A stretch of 64,000 nt of DNA from Amoebidium appalachense. Lineage: Eukaryota > Protista > Ichthyosporea. The notes beneath the pieces were generated by a model. The model worked only from the letters and a program-made list of their open reading frames with translations. It was not told where the DNA came from and searched no databases. How positions within the stretch are numbered: position 1 is the first letter of the stretch; every line of letters begins with the position of its first letter. The stretch covers positions 454,448-518,447 of the forward strand of contig CAVNZM010000004.1 in NCBI GenBank assembly GCA_963693365.1, in the 5' to 3' direction. A program made the translations under genes and the position numbers. Positions 33,886 to 47,991 of the stretch are shown piece by piece.

Positions 33886-34788
33886 CATGCATGTGCCCAC
33901 GCATACACACAGAGAGAGAGAGAAAGCGCGAGAGAGAGAGAGAAGCCGTGACACACACACCCACACACACGTAATGGCATGCACGCACACACACACACAC
34001 ACACACGTTTGCACGCGCACGAGACACACACGTTAAGTCGCGTAATCATACAAATAGCGACATTCACACATGCCTATATCCGGGCATCTGCACAGGGAAG
34101 TTGTGGCGACATTGAAGTCGAAATACATTAGGCGAGTTAGTACATGCAAATACATACACACCCACACAGTTTGCTACATGTTCCTTTTTGGTCGAACCCA
34201 TTCGCATACCTGCATTCATGATCATGTGCTCTCACAAACGTACAAAACACACACACACATGCACAGACAATATGCATGGACAAGGCACTTACACATGTGT
34301 AGCAACACACAACTACAACCCGCGCATACACACATCCACGAAGACACACTCAGTGCACACATACAGACATACACAACAAGCTGCAGGCTTTAACCCTAAG
34401 GTTAACACACAAACACGACACACACATGCGCGCGGGCATCTGGGCAAAGGTGTTTGTTCTTCGACGTACACTCACATACACATGCACGCTTACACATATG
34501 TATACAAGAACGCCCACAACTGTACCCATGCGTGCACACACACACACACACACACACACTAGCACCCCCCCCCCCCCCCCCCCCCCCCCCCCCGCGCAGG
34601 AAAAATCATTCCACGCCGTTTCCCCATTTTAGGGGCCTTTCGCACAGACACACACTCTGTTCCTGGCATAGCTTTGTTGGCTCTGTGTCAGTTCTTTCGT
34701 TACCATTTGAGCTGCTATGAAATATGCTGTTTTTTTTTTCCCCCTTTTTTTTCTTTTTCAGTTTCTTTCTTTCTTTTTTTCTTTTGCT

Positions 34789-34841
<53 letters not shown>

Positions 34842-35124
34842 TAAGAGGTAGCAAGGATGGAGGATGGTGTGCAGTGGTAGTGGGGCTGTGTGTGTGTGCA
34901 TGTTGTGCATAATGTGAGTTGTGTGTGCACATATCGCATTGTCGTGTGTTTTGGGTGGAAACAGACACCACACATGGCCGCTTACACACTAACAAGCACC
35001 ATGACAATGGCACACTTACGTACTGTGGCTCATTGGGGCACACGTGGTACACACACAGCGGGAATGAGCACGTGATACAATCTGGCATGCTCCATGCACA
35101 TTGTACATATTTTTAGCAGCTATT

Positions 35125-35176
<52 letters not shown>

Positions 35177-35731
35177 ATCCATGCACGTGCACGCGCTGTG
35201 TCGTGCATCTGTAAGCACATACGCGTTTTTTCGCTGCACTGCATTAGTTTGCACACACATCTTCACCGTTTTGCTCACCTTGCTTGCATAAGCAACCCTG
35301 CTCGTCTTTGATCAAGACGGGTTGACCCACCCAAGTTCAGTTGATGCTGCTGTCTGAGTTGGAGCGTCGTATATACGCAAGCTAAGGGGTCGAAACTCAG
35401 ACGCAATTGATGACTTGGGCCCTCGCTGAGCATGGGCTCTGCTTATGACGCATACTGTGCGCATGGCTGATGTTGCATACTTGAATGTTTGCCTTTGCAT
35501 GTGTCCTGCACCATGCTTCTCATCGTGTATGCGTACTTCGTACTGTGTTCCGCATTCAACCCCCCCCCCCCCCCCCCGATCCATGCACGTGCACGTGCAC
35601 GTGCTGACTGTTGGGCAGATCAAGGATGTGCGTGTGGTGGACCTGCTTGTGTTCAAGGGCAAGCAGGAGCTGGATGAGACCCACTGGGTCTGGAAGCAGA
35701 AGACCCACATTGTACGTGCCCACCACCCCAA

Positions 35732-35794
<63 letters not shown>

Positions 35795-36378
35795 AGCCCC
35801 TTACAAAAAGTTAAAAAGAAAGAAAGGAAAGCGAACTGTGGTGGTGTAGATATAATTTGTTTTTGGTTTCTCCTCTCTCCTTTTATCACCCACTCGTTCC
35901 TTTCCTTTTTTTAATTTCGTCATTGGACTTGATGTTTGTATTGTACTGAGTCCCTTGTTCTGTTGCCATCACTACCACACTCTCGCACACACGCACAAGT
36001 ATACTTACACGTGCACACACACACAACACACATGTGCACACGCGCACACACACACACACACACAACACACACACACACACACACACACACACATCACCTC
36101 CACCTGAGTTCTGTCACTTTCGACATATTTTACCGCTGCGCAAGCACCACGGGTTTTTTCGTTACAATCACAAAGGCTCAAGCACAAGCACCAACCACAT
36201 ACTAATGCGCATATAAGTAATAGCGTGCTGTTTGCATAGATTCTTTCGGGCAGTGGTGTTACTACGTGTTTTCTGTGCACGGTCACATGCTCGTGTTTCT
36301 TCTGATTGTGTGGCTTGCATTCTGCATCGTGTTATCCGTTTGTTCTTGTGTGTACTTCGTACTTTTTGACGCATTCAA

Positions 36379-36409
<31 letters not shown>

Positions 36410-36469
36410 AAAAAAAAAAAAAAAAACCACAACCGGCAACCCACAACCACCACGTGGGGTGAAAAATGT

Positions 36470-36525
<56 letters not shown>

Positions 36526-36663
36526 GGGGGGGGGTGGGGAGTGGGGGGAGAAATTTTTTAAGGTTTCTCTGACACTTTTTTCCAGATGCGCTACTGGCAG
36601 CCGGACGACAACGACCCGACCAAGATGGACTTCCTGACCCGTTTCTACAAGGGCAAGGCGTGA
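32123..36663 (+). CDS. NDUFA6: Complex I accessory subunit NDUFA6 (B14, LYR family), ~117 aa
   Basis: Exons 32123-32215, 33577-33666, 35619-35711, 36586-36663. [56 protein letters not shown]. Confidence 0.95.
35197..35577 (+). mobile_element. Poly-C-ended element, copy B, with flanking duplication (NDUFA6 intron 2)
   Basis: Homologous to 25292-25652; poly-C + GATCCATGCACGTGCACG occurs both before (35127-35193) and after (35560-35595). Confidence 0.75.
36270..36399 (+). mobile_element. Diverged relative of the poly-C-ended element (NDUFA6 intron 3)
   Basis: Ends TACTTCGTACTTTTTGACGCATTCAA + poly-C; similar to minus-strand 36943-37050 and 55500-55620. Confidence 0.5.
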
Positions 36664-36942
36664 CCGGCCGGCCTGGTGCCGCCACGGCCGGCGCAGTAAA
36701 GCACCGTGCTGGTCATAGTGGATGTGCATGGTCGTGGGTTCATACTCAGCCCCTCCCCTCCACCACCACCACACACACAAGAAGAGAGACAGACACGCAC
36801 ACGCACACGCACACACACACACACGCACGTGCTCACACATACATGCTGCACACACACACACACGTCTACATGTACACACGTATGTACAAACACACAACCT
36901 ACAAACACACACATCCTAGATCTTGGTTCCCTTGTTTGGGGA

Positions 36943-37050
36943 GGGGGGGGGGGGGGGGGGTTTGAATGCGCCATAGAGTACGAAGTGCACATCCGCAACG
37001 GACAACACAAAGCGGATTGCAAACTACTCAAGAGTATGCACTGTAAGCCG
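36943..37050 (-). mobile_element. Diverged relative of the poly-C-ended element
   Basis: Plus strand reads poly-G-TTTGAATGCGCCATAGAGTACGAAGT...; the same first ~20 nt recur at 38839-38859. Confidence 0.5.
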
Positions 37051-37081
37051 TGGGTGGGTGGGTGGGTGGGTGGGTGGGTGT

Positions 37082-37125
<44 letters not shown>

Positions 37126-37848
37126 CTCTTTCTGTGTGCGTGCCCAAGGACACAAAAGGAATCGACACCAATAGTCCCCTGCCCGATAGATCGGTAGGGG
37201 AGTCTCTTCTGGCCGACATAGATACATAAAAGAGAAGACGTGGTGAAAGGAGGAGTTGCCATGGCCATGATGATGAAGTACTGGTGGAAGCTGGGGACCA
37301 TTTGAACTGACTTGCTCGCCAAATAGCAACATGCTAAGGGGACATGAGGGAGGACTTTGTGTGGACATGCGGGTGTTGACACTGGTGGGTGTGTGTGTGC
37401 AAACTGCTCTATGGCTCCGGATCCATGTTTTCGCTCTTCTGAGCATTGGCCATGTCACGGCCACCATGCAGTTCTGCTGATACTGCAAGCATGTGTATCT
37501 CTGTCTCACTAGTGTGAGCACACTGCCGTCCACACCGTGCCTCATACATGCCCCTTTATTTGTTGCTAAGGCCCAACGCCCTGCGCCAGCGCTAGCACCA
37601 ACTACAAATTACCCATTCATGCCCCCATAAATTATCAATCCCAAAAAACGATTCAGATAGACGATCCGCATAAGGGAAAACTCCCATGTGGTATACATCA
37701 GTGCATTCACAAATATACAATACAATGCGTCACCACCACCTATGGTAGCTACCCCTTGCCACTCTTTCAACACCCGGCGCCCCTTGCGGCCTGGGATCTC
37801 CTCCAAAACTATATCCACCCCGAACATTCTCGAAGCATTTAGAATCAC

Positions 37849-38585
37849 CTACGCCGTGACACTGTGGCTGTGGGCACCCAGTGTGCTTCCATGTGAGTCC
37901 TCATGCTGGTCATTCAAACGAACTCCATGTTTCTTGATCTGCATCTTGGCCTGCCAGCGCCGGTACACAATAAACCCACCCAGTGCAACACCTGCCGCAA
38001 CCACACATGCCACGACTATGCCCGCTATGGCAGCGCCAGAGATGCCCTTCTCCTCGTCCTCTCTCTTCTGATTGGGGAGGTTGCCTGTGACACACACGCA
38101 GTTTACCGTGGTGCCATTGCAGTTGGGGGTTGGGTTCTGGATGCTGGCTAGAGAGCTGACGTCACGGCACATGGTGCTGTTGCAGACCTCGTCACGTGTG
38201 CACTTGTAGCCTAGGCCCAATGCCGGCTGTGCGGGTGTGTGTAGTTGATGTTAGCATGGTGGGTGGATGGGGGAAAGGGGAAAGAATAAACGGGTGGGGA
38301 AGGGATAGGGTGGACAAGTAGGCAGGGAAGGAAGAATGCAGGCTAGTTTGTAACCATGTGAAAAATTGATCGAATGTGAGTCTGTGTGTGTGTTGTGTGT
38401 GTGTGTGTATGTGTGTGTGTGTGTGCGTGTGTGTATCTGTGTGTGTATGTGTGTGTGTGTGCGTGTGTGTATCTGTGTGTATTTCCGTTTGTGTGTGTGT
38501 GCTTGAATGTGCACACGTGTGTGCCTGCCTGCCTACTGCATGTGCGGGCCAGCATGAATGCGTGTTCGAGTGTATACGCGTGCGT

Positions 38586-38632
<47 letters not shown>

Positions 38633-38941
38633 AGAGAGGTGTGCATGTACTGGTCGGTGGGTCCCCCGGGTGGGTGGGTGGGGGGGGGGGGGGGGGGGGG
38701 GGGGCCAACCCACAAAAATGGCACAAGACCCAAAGACACGTAACTGAAACATACGATGGGCATAGGTAGAGCAACGGTGGTTGTGGTTTTCGGCGGCGGG
38801 GGGGGGGGGGGGAGGGGGGGGGGGGGGGGGGGGGGAGGTTGAATGCGCCATAGAGTACCGGGGGGCGGGGTGGGGGGAAGGGGGGGGGGGGTGGGGGGTA
38901 TACAACATCGAAAACCTGAGCGGAGGGAGAGAGGGGAGAGA

Positions 38942-38972
<31 letters not shown>

Positions 38973-40460
38973 CTCAAAAGGAAAAAAGTGTGTAGTAGCC
39001 GCACAAGATACCAGTCCAATACACACAACGTACAGCAGCGCACTAACTATGGAGCCATTACTCGTCAAGCCCCCACCCCCCCCCTTCCCCCTCCAACACA
39101 CACACACTTCCCGGCGTGACATACACACAGTGCAAAGTCAACCATAACACAGAGAGAGTGCCACCGACCAGTGGGTGCCTGAAGCAAAGTCCAAATAGAA
39201 CAAAGAAAAAGACATAAAACAAATGGTGAGGAGGGAGAACACAACACATTCACAAACCAAGGTGGCCCACATGAATACACACACGCAACACAGTCCGGGG
39301 GGGAAACGGGGGAGGCACGGGGGAGAGAGAGAGCTGAACATGACCAGGGGAAAGGGCGCAGGGGGTAAAGGGAAGATAGGGCAAGGGAGGAATGTTTTAC
39401 ACAACACTGTTACGAAGGACAACACAAGGCAAGTTTTTCAAAGCACACACAAAGAGGACCGGGCGGATAAGAGGCTATTTGAATTTGCAGGAGAGGGAAC
39501 AAACACAGCCAAATAACACGGAATTGGTATTGAGGAGAGGCTCAAACCTCCAAAAAACACAAGAGGTTCAATAGCACACTATGCACAAACCTGTGTTTGA
39601 AACTACCACACCCACACACCACACTCACACGGTGCTAGAGTGGTCCAGACCACACCACCTATGCAAGCTCTTTGCAAGTTGTGTTCGCACCCAATTTCAG
39701 CACCGAAAAGCTGCAGAGGACCAAGCGAGTGTGTGTGCAAGCAGGTACCCACGTCATGATGGACAAGAAACATGGCATTTCTAAACAGTGAGTAACACAT
39801 AGTTCGGTTGACAAGGGGAACTGTGTATGCGCCCACAAGTGTGTTCTATAGTGTTGAGTGTTTGACCGCACACTCGGTGGTTCTGGAGAGAGCGCAAAAG
39901 CGCAGAGTGAGTGGCTTGCAAGAGGAACTAACGAGCAGAATGCACCATCACCCACAGACACCACTGTCCAACACCCACAGGTAGATAACATGTTCACACA
40001 CATACACCAAAACACCACGAAACACCCCTACGTGCACTATCACAGCCAAGCTCTTCCCCCACCCCCTTCCTAACACGCGCACCCACCTGGCACGTGGCCA
40101 CCTTTTCGTCGTCCAAGTTGTCCACACAGTAGAACCCAGTCGCCTTCTCCGTGCAGTTTGCATCCTGGTCCCAACCTTGTCAGCCAGCTTATCATCCCCA
40201 GCACTCCTTCCCTCAAAGCCCTCCCCTCTCCACACACACCACTTCCTCCCTCCTCTCCTCCCATTCTACCCAATTTCCCTATTGCCACCATACGTGCAAG
40301 CACGCACACGCACACACCCACACAGAATCGCTCACACCTCCACACCTGCCCCCACATATGCACATACCACGCTGCAGCCGGAACCCTGTATGGTGCCCTG
40401 GGCGGCCACCAGGCACGCGCCGAGAAGAAGGGCCGCACATACTCTCAAAAGTTTGTTCAT
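37849..40460 (-). CDS. Single-pass type I membrane protein with Cys-rich ectodomain, ~182 aa
   Basis: Exons 40368-40460, 40087-40164, 37849-38226, phase 0. Signal peptide [20 protein letters not shown], 10 Cys in the mature ectodomain, [27 protein letters not shown] followed by RRW. Extra exons in the 1.9-kb intron 2 are not excluded. Confidence 0.8.
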
Positions 40461-41381
40461 TCTCTTTGGTTTCTGGGTATAAACTAATAACGCTACTGCT
40501 TAGTTACCGGTTTGCAAACGCTTTTCGTTTTGACCTCGAGTGGTGTGGCACAAACGTTTTGGGTCGTTCATGGCCGCGCCGGAACGTTCCAGCTGACTCA
40601 AAATTCCACGCAGGGGGTCACTTAATCCTTAGTAAGTGAAGACCCCACAGTGAATATTGGTACCCCCTAGATCTTCGGACGTCGTCATGTGGGGATCACC
40701 TGACTGATTACAGTATCTCATTTATTTGAAGCAGAAATACACTTATTACCATAATTTCACAGGTAAAGTTTCAGGAGTTTTGCGTTTTGTGAATTGTAGA
40801 ATCTAAAGACAGATAACAAAAATAATATAAATGAAAATGCTTCCAGGAGTAAGACTTCATTGTTTCTGGTGCAAGATCGCTCGGATCGCGTCGAATCATA
40901 CGGTTGCATTTGATTGGTTTTCCTTATCTGCAACAACCACTCAGGAAGAAGGATCTAGACAAAATAACAGGGTACGAAATCTATTCTCAATTGTAGGCAC
41001 CCGCATAATCATTGCACAGGTTGTAGTCTCCTTATGTATCTGCCCTGCCGCACCAAACGTTTATATGGCATGTAGAAGGTCGGGCTGTTATAAAATTCAT
41101 AAAACAATTGCATACACGTTTGAGACTGAATTGCTGTTGGAGCCCCAGCTCCGACGCCCACCCCAACCATGTGCGGATATGGCAAGAACTACGATGCCAG
41201 CAACGTTAACAATTGTCACCCTGTATTAGTTGGGGCTCCAGCCCTTGCCACTGATGCGTGGGAAGCCTCATTAGGGAGGGCAATTGTTCGTGGTATATAC
41301 CGGTTGAGGGGGGTTTACTTTTATTTTGAAAGGGAGGCCCTTGGGGGACAATCCAATCCATGGGTCATCGACATCCCTCCC

Positions 41382-41437
<56 letters not shown>

Positions 41438-41587
41438 AGGCCTCTTTCAAAGAGTCTTCATCGATATCCCGACGGAATTCGACTTCACTTTTTAACTAAC
41501 GGCACGGCCCTTCAATGCTTTTCTCTTTCACCCCCTTTGGCCCCGCTCGCCCTTCCCTCTCCGGCGTCCCACCGGTCAGCTCTCTCT

Positions 41588-41626
<39 letters not shown>

Positions 41627-42267
41627 CGCCCCCCCCCCCCCCCCCCCCCCCCCGCGCCCCCGGGCCGCCCCCCTCCCCCCCCCCCACCCCGCCGAGCCCG
41701 CCCGCTCGCGCGCTACTTTCTAGCTCACGGACGCTTGCAGTAGTCAACACAGAGGGCCGAATCACATTACTGTAGTATGACTTGCTGCGTGCAGTGCCAG
41801 CTGTCAGAAGCCTTCTACATAGAGAGAATCATCCAGCGAAAAACAGGATCGATTATTTATTAATAATATGCATACGCAGCAAATATTGATATTCACACTT
41901 TTTCAAAAAAAATCAAAAAATTTAAAGATCATGATTTGTGCATGTGTGCGTGTGAATGTGTGTGCATGTGTGTGCATGTGTGTTCATGTTTGTGCATGTG
42001 TGTGCATGTGTGCGTGTGTCCGTGTGTCCGTGTACGTGTGTGTGTGTGCCACAGTTTTTGTGCGCGTGTGTGCGTTCGCGTGCTTGTGCGTATGTGCGCG
42101 TGCGTGCGCGTGTGCGTGCATTGTGCGTGCGTGGGTGGGTTGGTTCCACAGTAACAGTGTTGAGGGGTGCGGCGGAGGACAGGGGAGGGGAATTCTTAGC
42201 CTCCAAGGATATGTAACCACTGGCTTACGTAAGTGGCCGGGCACTACTACGCTGCGGCAACGGGGAC

Positions 42268-42301
<34 letters not shown>

Positions 42302-42791
42302 CACCACTCACTGTCTGAGCGCCAAGTAATTTACCTTCCTAGATCTATTAAAGATATTCACCAATGGAATAAAAGGAAATTCATTAGGCTCCTTCCAAAT
42401 TTGCCGGGGGTTTCCACTGGAACATCACAACGAGACCCTTATAATCTGTCACCAGCATGTATTATGAGTTGTTTAGGGCAATAAATAGTAAAATTTTACT
42501 CATCTATCCGTTTATGAGTGTTCTAATATGATATTTCAATACTCTTACTTTGACACATTGCCAGGATTGCTTACTTGCTTTGTTGTTGTGCCAATATGGA
42601 AAACGTGACCTTATGCCAATTACAGCAGCTAAATTAAAATCTTAGAATTTAGCAAAAAAAAATTGCCACAAAGACAAAGTTGCACTTACTTCCGAGCGCC
42701 GAGAGCAAAAAGTTCCAGACGCCTAACCAGTTGTCAGTCATATTTTCCACCCATCTTCACCACAACAAAACTCTACTTCCTACCCACCACC

Positions 42792-42989
42792 ATGTCTACT
42801 CTGCAGCAGCTGCTCGACATGGGCTTTCCCGAAAACAGGGCCAAGCGCGCTGTCATAGCCTGCAAGCACGATGGTAGCATCCCCCCCTCCCCCCCCTCCC
42901 CCCCCCCCCCCCCCCCCCCCCCCTCCTCCCTCCCTCCGGCCCTCCTTCTCCACCCTCCACACCCCCTTCCTTCCCGCGCTCCTTATCCA

Positions 42990-43028
<39 letters not shown>

Positions 43029-43320
43029 ACCTTGTCTCCTCACCTTTCCTCCCCCTTGCGTGTCCGCTTAGCTCACTTGTCTCTCTTACAGCTACCGGTC
43101 GATTTTACTGTCTGCGTGCCCTGTCCCGCCCTTCGCTTCCGGTTTGGTCAATTCGAGCCTGGAAGTCATAGCTCACCCACCCACCCACCCACCTACACAC
43201 ACACAAACACACACACGCACACGCACACGCACACGCACACGTGTGCATGTGTGTGTGCGCGCACACACACACACTCACACACACTCACACACTCACAGAT
43301 ACATACACACCATATCTCTC

Positions 43321-43355
<35 letters not shown>

Positions 43356-43468
43356 TCTCCCTCTCTCCCTCTCTCCCTCTCTCCCTCTCTCCCTCTCTCC
43401 CTCTCTCCCTCTCTCCCTCTCTCCCTCTCTCCCTCTCTCCCTCTCTCCCTCTCTCTCCCTCTCTCTCC

Positions 43469-43517
<49 letters not shown>

Positions 43518-43524
43518 TCTCTCC

Positions 43525-43585
<61 letters not shown>

Positions 43586-44036
43586 CCCTCTCCCCTCCCC
43601 CTCCCCCCTCCCTCCTCACCCTCTCGCTGTCCCTCTTTCCCCCTCAACCCCCCCTCCCCTCCCTCCTTCCCTCCCTTCCTCCTCTCTCCCTGCCTCCCAT
43701 CTTTTTCTCCCTTTTCCCTTTCTACCTCCGTCTCTCAGTGTCCCACTTTTGCTCCAATTCTCCATCTTGCTGTCTCTCTCGCACCCTCACACTCCTTTTC
43801 TCTTAACCGCTCACCCCGTTACCCTGTCCCTACCTCTCTTGTTCCCTCCCTTCCTCCCTGCCTCCCCTTCCCCCCTCCCTTTCCCCCCTCCTCCCCTCCC
43901 TTCACCCCCCCCTCCCTTTCCCCCCCGCCCCCGTCCCCTTCCCCTCCTTCCCCCTTTCTACCCTTTCATCCCTCCCCCTCTCCCACCCAAACTCTCCACC
44001 TACCCCCACCCCCCACCCCCCACCCCACCACCACCC

Positions 44037-44072
<36 letters not shown>

Positions 44073-45055
44073 CCTGAGGATGGGCTCTGCTTATGACGCA
44101 TACTGTGCACATGGCTGATGTTGCATACTTGAATGTTTGCCTTTGCATGTGTCCTGCACCTTGCTTCTCGTCGTGTATGCGTACTTCGTACCGTGTTCCG
44201 CATTCAAACCCCCCCACCCTCATACAGTTGGTGCGTGTGTGGACTGGCTCAGCAACAGCATGGACAACGAGGCCCTAGACGGCCCTCTGACGTCAGAGGA
44301 GGAGGCCAAGTTGCAGGGCAAGGTGGGGGGGGCAGGTGCCGTGCTGGGGGCAAAGGGGGAGGCAGAGGCACAGCCACAGGCAGAGGCTGCAGGGGTGCAG
44401 GCGCTGTCGCTGAAGTGCGAGGATTGTGGCAAGCTGCTCAAGTCAGAGGTGTGTGTGTTTGTGGGTGTGTGTGGGTGTGTGTGTGGGTGTGTGTGTGGGT
44501 GTGTGTGGGTGTGTGTGGGTGTATGGGTGTATTTGGGGGTGTGTGGGGGTGAGTAGGCGGCGAAGACAGGGGGGGGGGGGGGGGGGGGGGAAGGGGGGGG
44601 GGGGGGGGGGAGGGTAGTAAGGTGCAAGAGGGGAGGCGGGCGAGGCTTTTGGTGGATTTTCCTTCGTGTCCTGTTGTGGTTGAGGGGTTGTGTGTGTGTG
44701 TGGTGGTGGGGGGGAGGGGGGGGGGGGGGGGGGGGGGGAGGGGGGAGGGGGGAGGGGGAGGGGGGAGGGAGGAGGGGGGGCAGGTGGAAGAGGGGGGAGG
44801 TGGGGGATCCGGAGGGGTTTAGAATGTGGGTGGTGGGAGGTGGTTGATGCAAATGAAAGGCCGGACCAAGCTTTTTGCGTCTCTCTGTTGTGTTTTTTCT
44901 TCTTGCCCCTTTCCTTGTTCATTGTGCTCTATGGCCATGTGTGTGTTTTTGGGGGGAGGGTGGGGGGGGTTGATGATAGTTTATTGAGTTATTGGTGCAT
45001 TCTTACCACAAAGTGAGGGAGGGGCAGTTGGTATGTGGCTATATGTTTTTTTTTT

Positions 45056-45086
<31 letters not shown>

Positions 45087-45204
45087 GGAGGAGGGGGAGG
45101 GAGGGAGGTAGTGTGCTGGTTTGTGTGTTCATATGCGTGTGAAAGGCAGAATAGGGTGGCTTCCCTGGGAGAATGGGCAGAGAAGGGGAGGGGTGTGAGG
45201 GGAG

Positions 45205-45236
<32 letters not shown>

Positions 45237-47643
45237 TAAGGGGGGAGGGGAGGGAGGGAGAATAATGCTGGTGTGCACTGTAAGTTGCACCTGCACAACA
45301 CCTCACCCCCCCCCTCTATTGTCTCTGCCACCTACTTCTTCCCTTATCTCCGCCAGCAACCACCCCCACCACCTCACACACACCACACACCCCCCAGCTC
45401 GATGCCCAGGCGCATGCAGCACGCACACAGCACACCAACTTCAGTGAGAGCACGGAGGAGATTAGACCCCTGACGGCCGAGGAGAAGGCTGCGCAGTTGG
45501 CCAAGTTGCAGCAGAGAATGGCTGAAAAGAGGGCGGCTAGGGAGGAGGCTGAGAAGAAGGAGGTGTGTGGGTAATGTCACTGTGTGCACGTCACTGTGTG
45601 CATGTCACTGTTTGCACTACACCATGTCATTGTGTGCGTAGCACTGTGTTGTGTGTTGTGTTCAGACCTGTCCCCCCCCCTCCTCCTCCTCCCCTGCCCT
45701 CTCTCTCTCTCTCTTGACCCATCTGTCTTCATCCACCCACATCCTCACCATGAGTCGTTTTAAAACACCTCCCTAGGCTTCTCACCTCATCTCCTTTATA
45801 CTTCCAGGTCGCGCGCGGGGAGGGGGGGGGGGGGGGGAGAAGGGGAGGGGAGGGGAGGGGGGGGGGGGTCCTTAAGAAGCCACCCCCCCCCTCCCCTCCC
45901 CCCTGTCCCTCAAAACACACACACACACACAAATCCATCCGTCACGTATCTTTTGCTGCCATGTTCCTTCCTCAATAGGCGAGCTGCCTGTGTTGCAAAA
46001 CTATCCGTGTATGTATGTGGTTGCATGCCAGTCTATGTGCAGCTCTCTTCTTTGTGTGCACTCTCGTACTTGGTATATTGTGTCACATTCTTAGCCCTCC
46101 TCCCCCTCCCCTCCCACCCCGACCCCCACCCGCCTCCCCTCGCCTCCTCTCCCCACTCCTCACATCCCCCCGCCCCACCGCCCACCCCCTTCAACCATTT
46201 GGCCCTTCTGTCCCTCATCTCCATCTCCCCCAAAACACACACCCACACACCACCACAACCACCACCCCCCCACTCACCCCCTTCATCCATTTGCCCCTTC
46301 TATCCCTCATCTCTCTCTCTCTCTCTCTCTCCCCCCCCTCCCCTCCCCCTCCCCCCCCCTCCCCCCTTCATAGGCGATCGAGAAGGAGAAGATGCGGCGC
46401 AAGCAGGGCAAGGAGATGGTCAGTGCCAAGGAGTACTACCAGCAGGAGCAGGCACGTAGGGCTGCAGAGGAGATGCAGCGGCAGAAGAGGGAGGATGCAC
46501 TGGCCAAGCAGAGGCTCAAGGAGGAGATAGCAAGAGATAGGGCTGCACGGGCAGCGTATGTTCCACCTGACCAGGCCTTCCTTTTTTATGTTATTGAGAC
46601 ACATAGCAGAACCCCACTCTTCTCTTTGCCCACCTTTTCCGTTATCAAACACACAGAAGAACCCCACCTCATTTAACCTTTTCAGTGTTCCTAACTTCCC
46701 AACAAAGGCACCTTGGGTAGTTGCGGATTGAGCTGTTTGCCGAGGGCGGACAACACCCACATTAGCACATTTAACCTTTTCAGTGTTCCTAACTTCCCAA
46801 CAAAGGCATTTTGGGTAGTTGCGGATTGAGCTGTTTGCCGAGGGCGGACAACACCCACATGAGCACATGCACATGGATATGCCCGCTTGCACAAAGCACA
46901 CGCATGCACAGACCCACACATACCGGAGATCGGTGTTTCCAGTCTTGCCAGCACAAGTTTGACCTACAACCAGCAAACCCATCATGTCCATGCATGGCCC
47001 ACCATCCGCACATGCACACCACAGCCGGACACGTACAGAATCTTTCTCGATTTCTGCATACCTACAGGCCTACCTCCTCCTCCTCCCCCCCCCCCCCCCC
47101 CCCCAAAAACACACACACACACACACAAACACCGCTGCCACTACCATCCCGATGCCCCCATCGCCACCCCACCCGACCTTTACGATCACCACCACTTAAG
47201 GCACTTTCCTGCCCTTGCAACACCCCTCACACACCACACATATCCATTCCCTTACTCCCACAAGCCCACCACGCACTTACCCCCTCTCTCTCCCCAACAG
47301 CAAAGATGCCGCTGAAAAGAACCACCCTGCTCCTGCCACCGCCACCACACCAGCCCCATCCACCCACCAACCACCAGCCAACACCGCCCCCGCCCCAGCC
47401 AAAGAATACTCAGAGGCCAAACTTCAACTGCGCCTACCTACAGGCACCCTCACACACGTGTTTGCAGCCAGCGACCCACTCAGTGCTGTTGAATCGTTTG
47501 TTCTGCAAAACATGCCTGGGCATGTGACCCTTCAGACTACATTCCCTCGTAAGGTCTATGGGCCGGCTGACATGCAGAAAACACTGAAGGAGAATGGTTT
47601 AGTGCCTTCTGCTGTGTTGGTGGTGGCGGTGGCTAAACCATAG
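42792..47643 (+). CDS. UBXN1: UBXN1/SAKS1-like p97 adaptor (UBA, C2H2 finger, coiled coil, UBX), ~330 aa
   Basis: Exons 42792-42873, 44228-44448, 45398-45562, 46374-46555, 47301-47643 in phase. UBA LLDMGFPENRAKRA; LKCEDCGKLLKSELDAQAHAARTQHTNFSES; UBX LQLRLPTG...TTFPRKVY...GLVPSAVL. Confidence 0.88.
44073..44215 (+). mobile_element. 5'-truncated copy C of the poly-C-ended element (UBXN1 intron 1)
   Basis: Matches the last ~136 bp of copies A and B and lies between two C runs. Confidence 0.7.
46670..46867. repeat. 98-bp tandem duplication in UBXN1 intron 4
   Basis: CATTTAACCTTTTCAGTGTTCCTAACTTCCC... starts at 46670 and 46768, nearly identical. Confidence 0.95.
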
Positions 47644-47991
47644 TGGGAGATATGGGGAAAATCTAGGGTTATGAAGGTTGGTGTGGGTTGGGAGTTGGGA
47701 TTGTATTTGAGTGGGGGATATGGGTATTGTACACTTGTGCAATTTGATGTACGTGTGTGTACAAACACGGCCACACAACATCCGCATTTCTTACCATGCC
47801 TTGTTTTATCTGGTGCAGTATGTACGTTTGTACTTAGTAATACAACGCCGCCGTATTTGAGATTCACTTGTTGCAGTCTTGACTTGTGTATTTACAGCAC
47901 CACGCGTATGCCTTAGCTTTAGCATGAGAAAGAGGAACCAAAGAAAAATAAAGAATACAACCACAGCAAGGCAGTGCTTTTTGGTCACGAG

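Noticed and set aside
39700-39890. Possible extra exon in intron 2 of the Cys-rich membrane gene
   Set aside because: No convincing donor in an open frame; the flanking exons join directly with a sensible Cys pattern.
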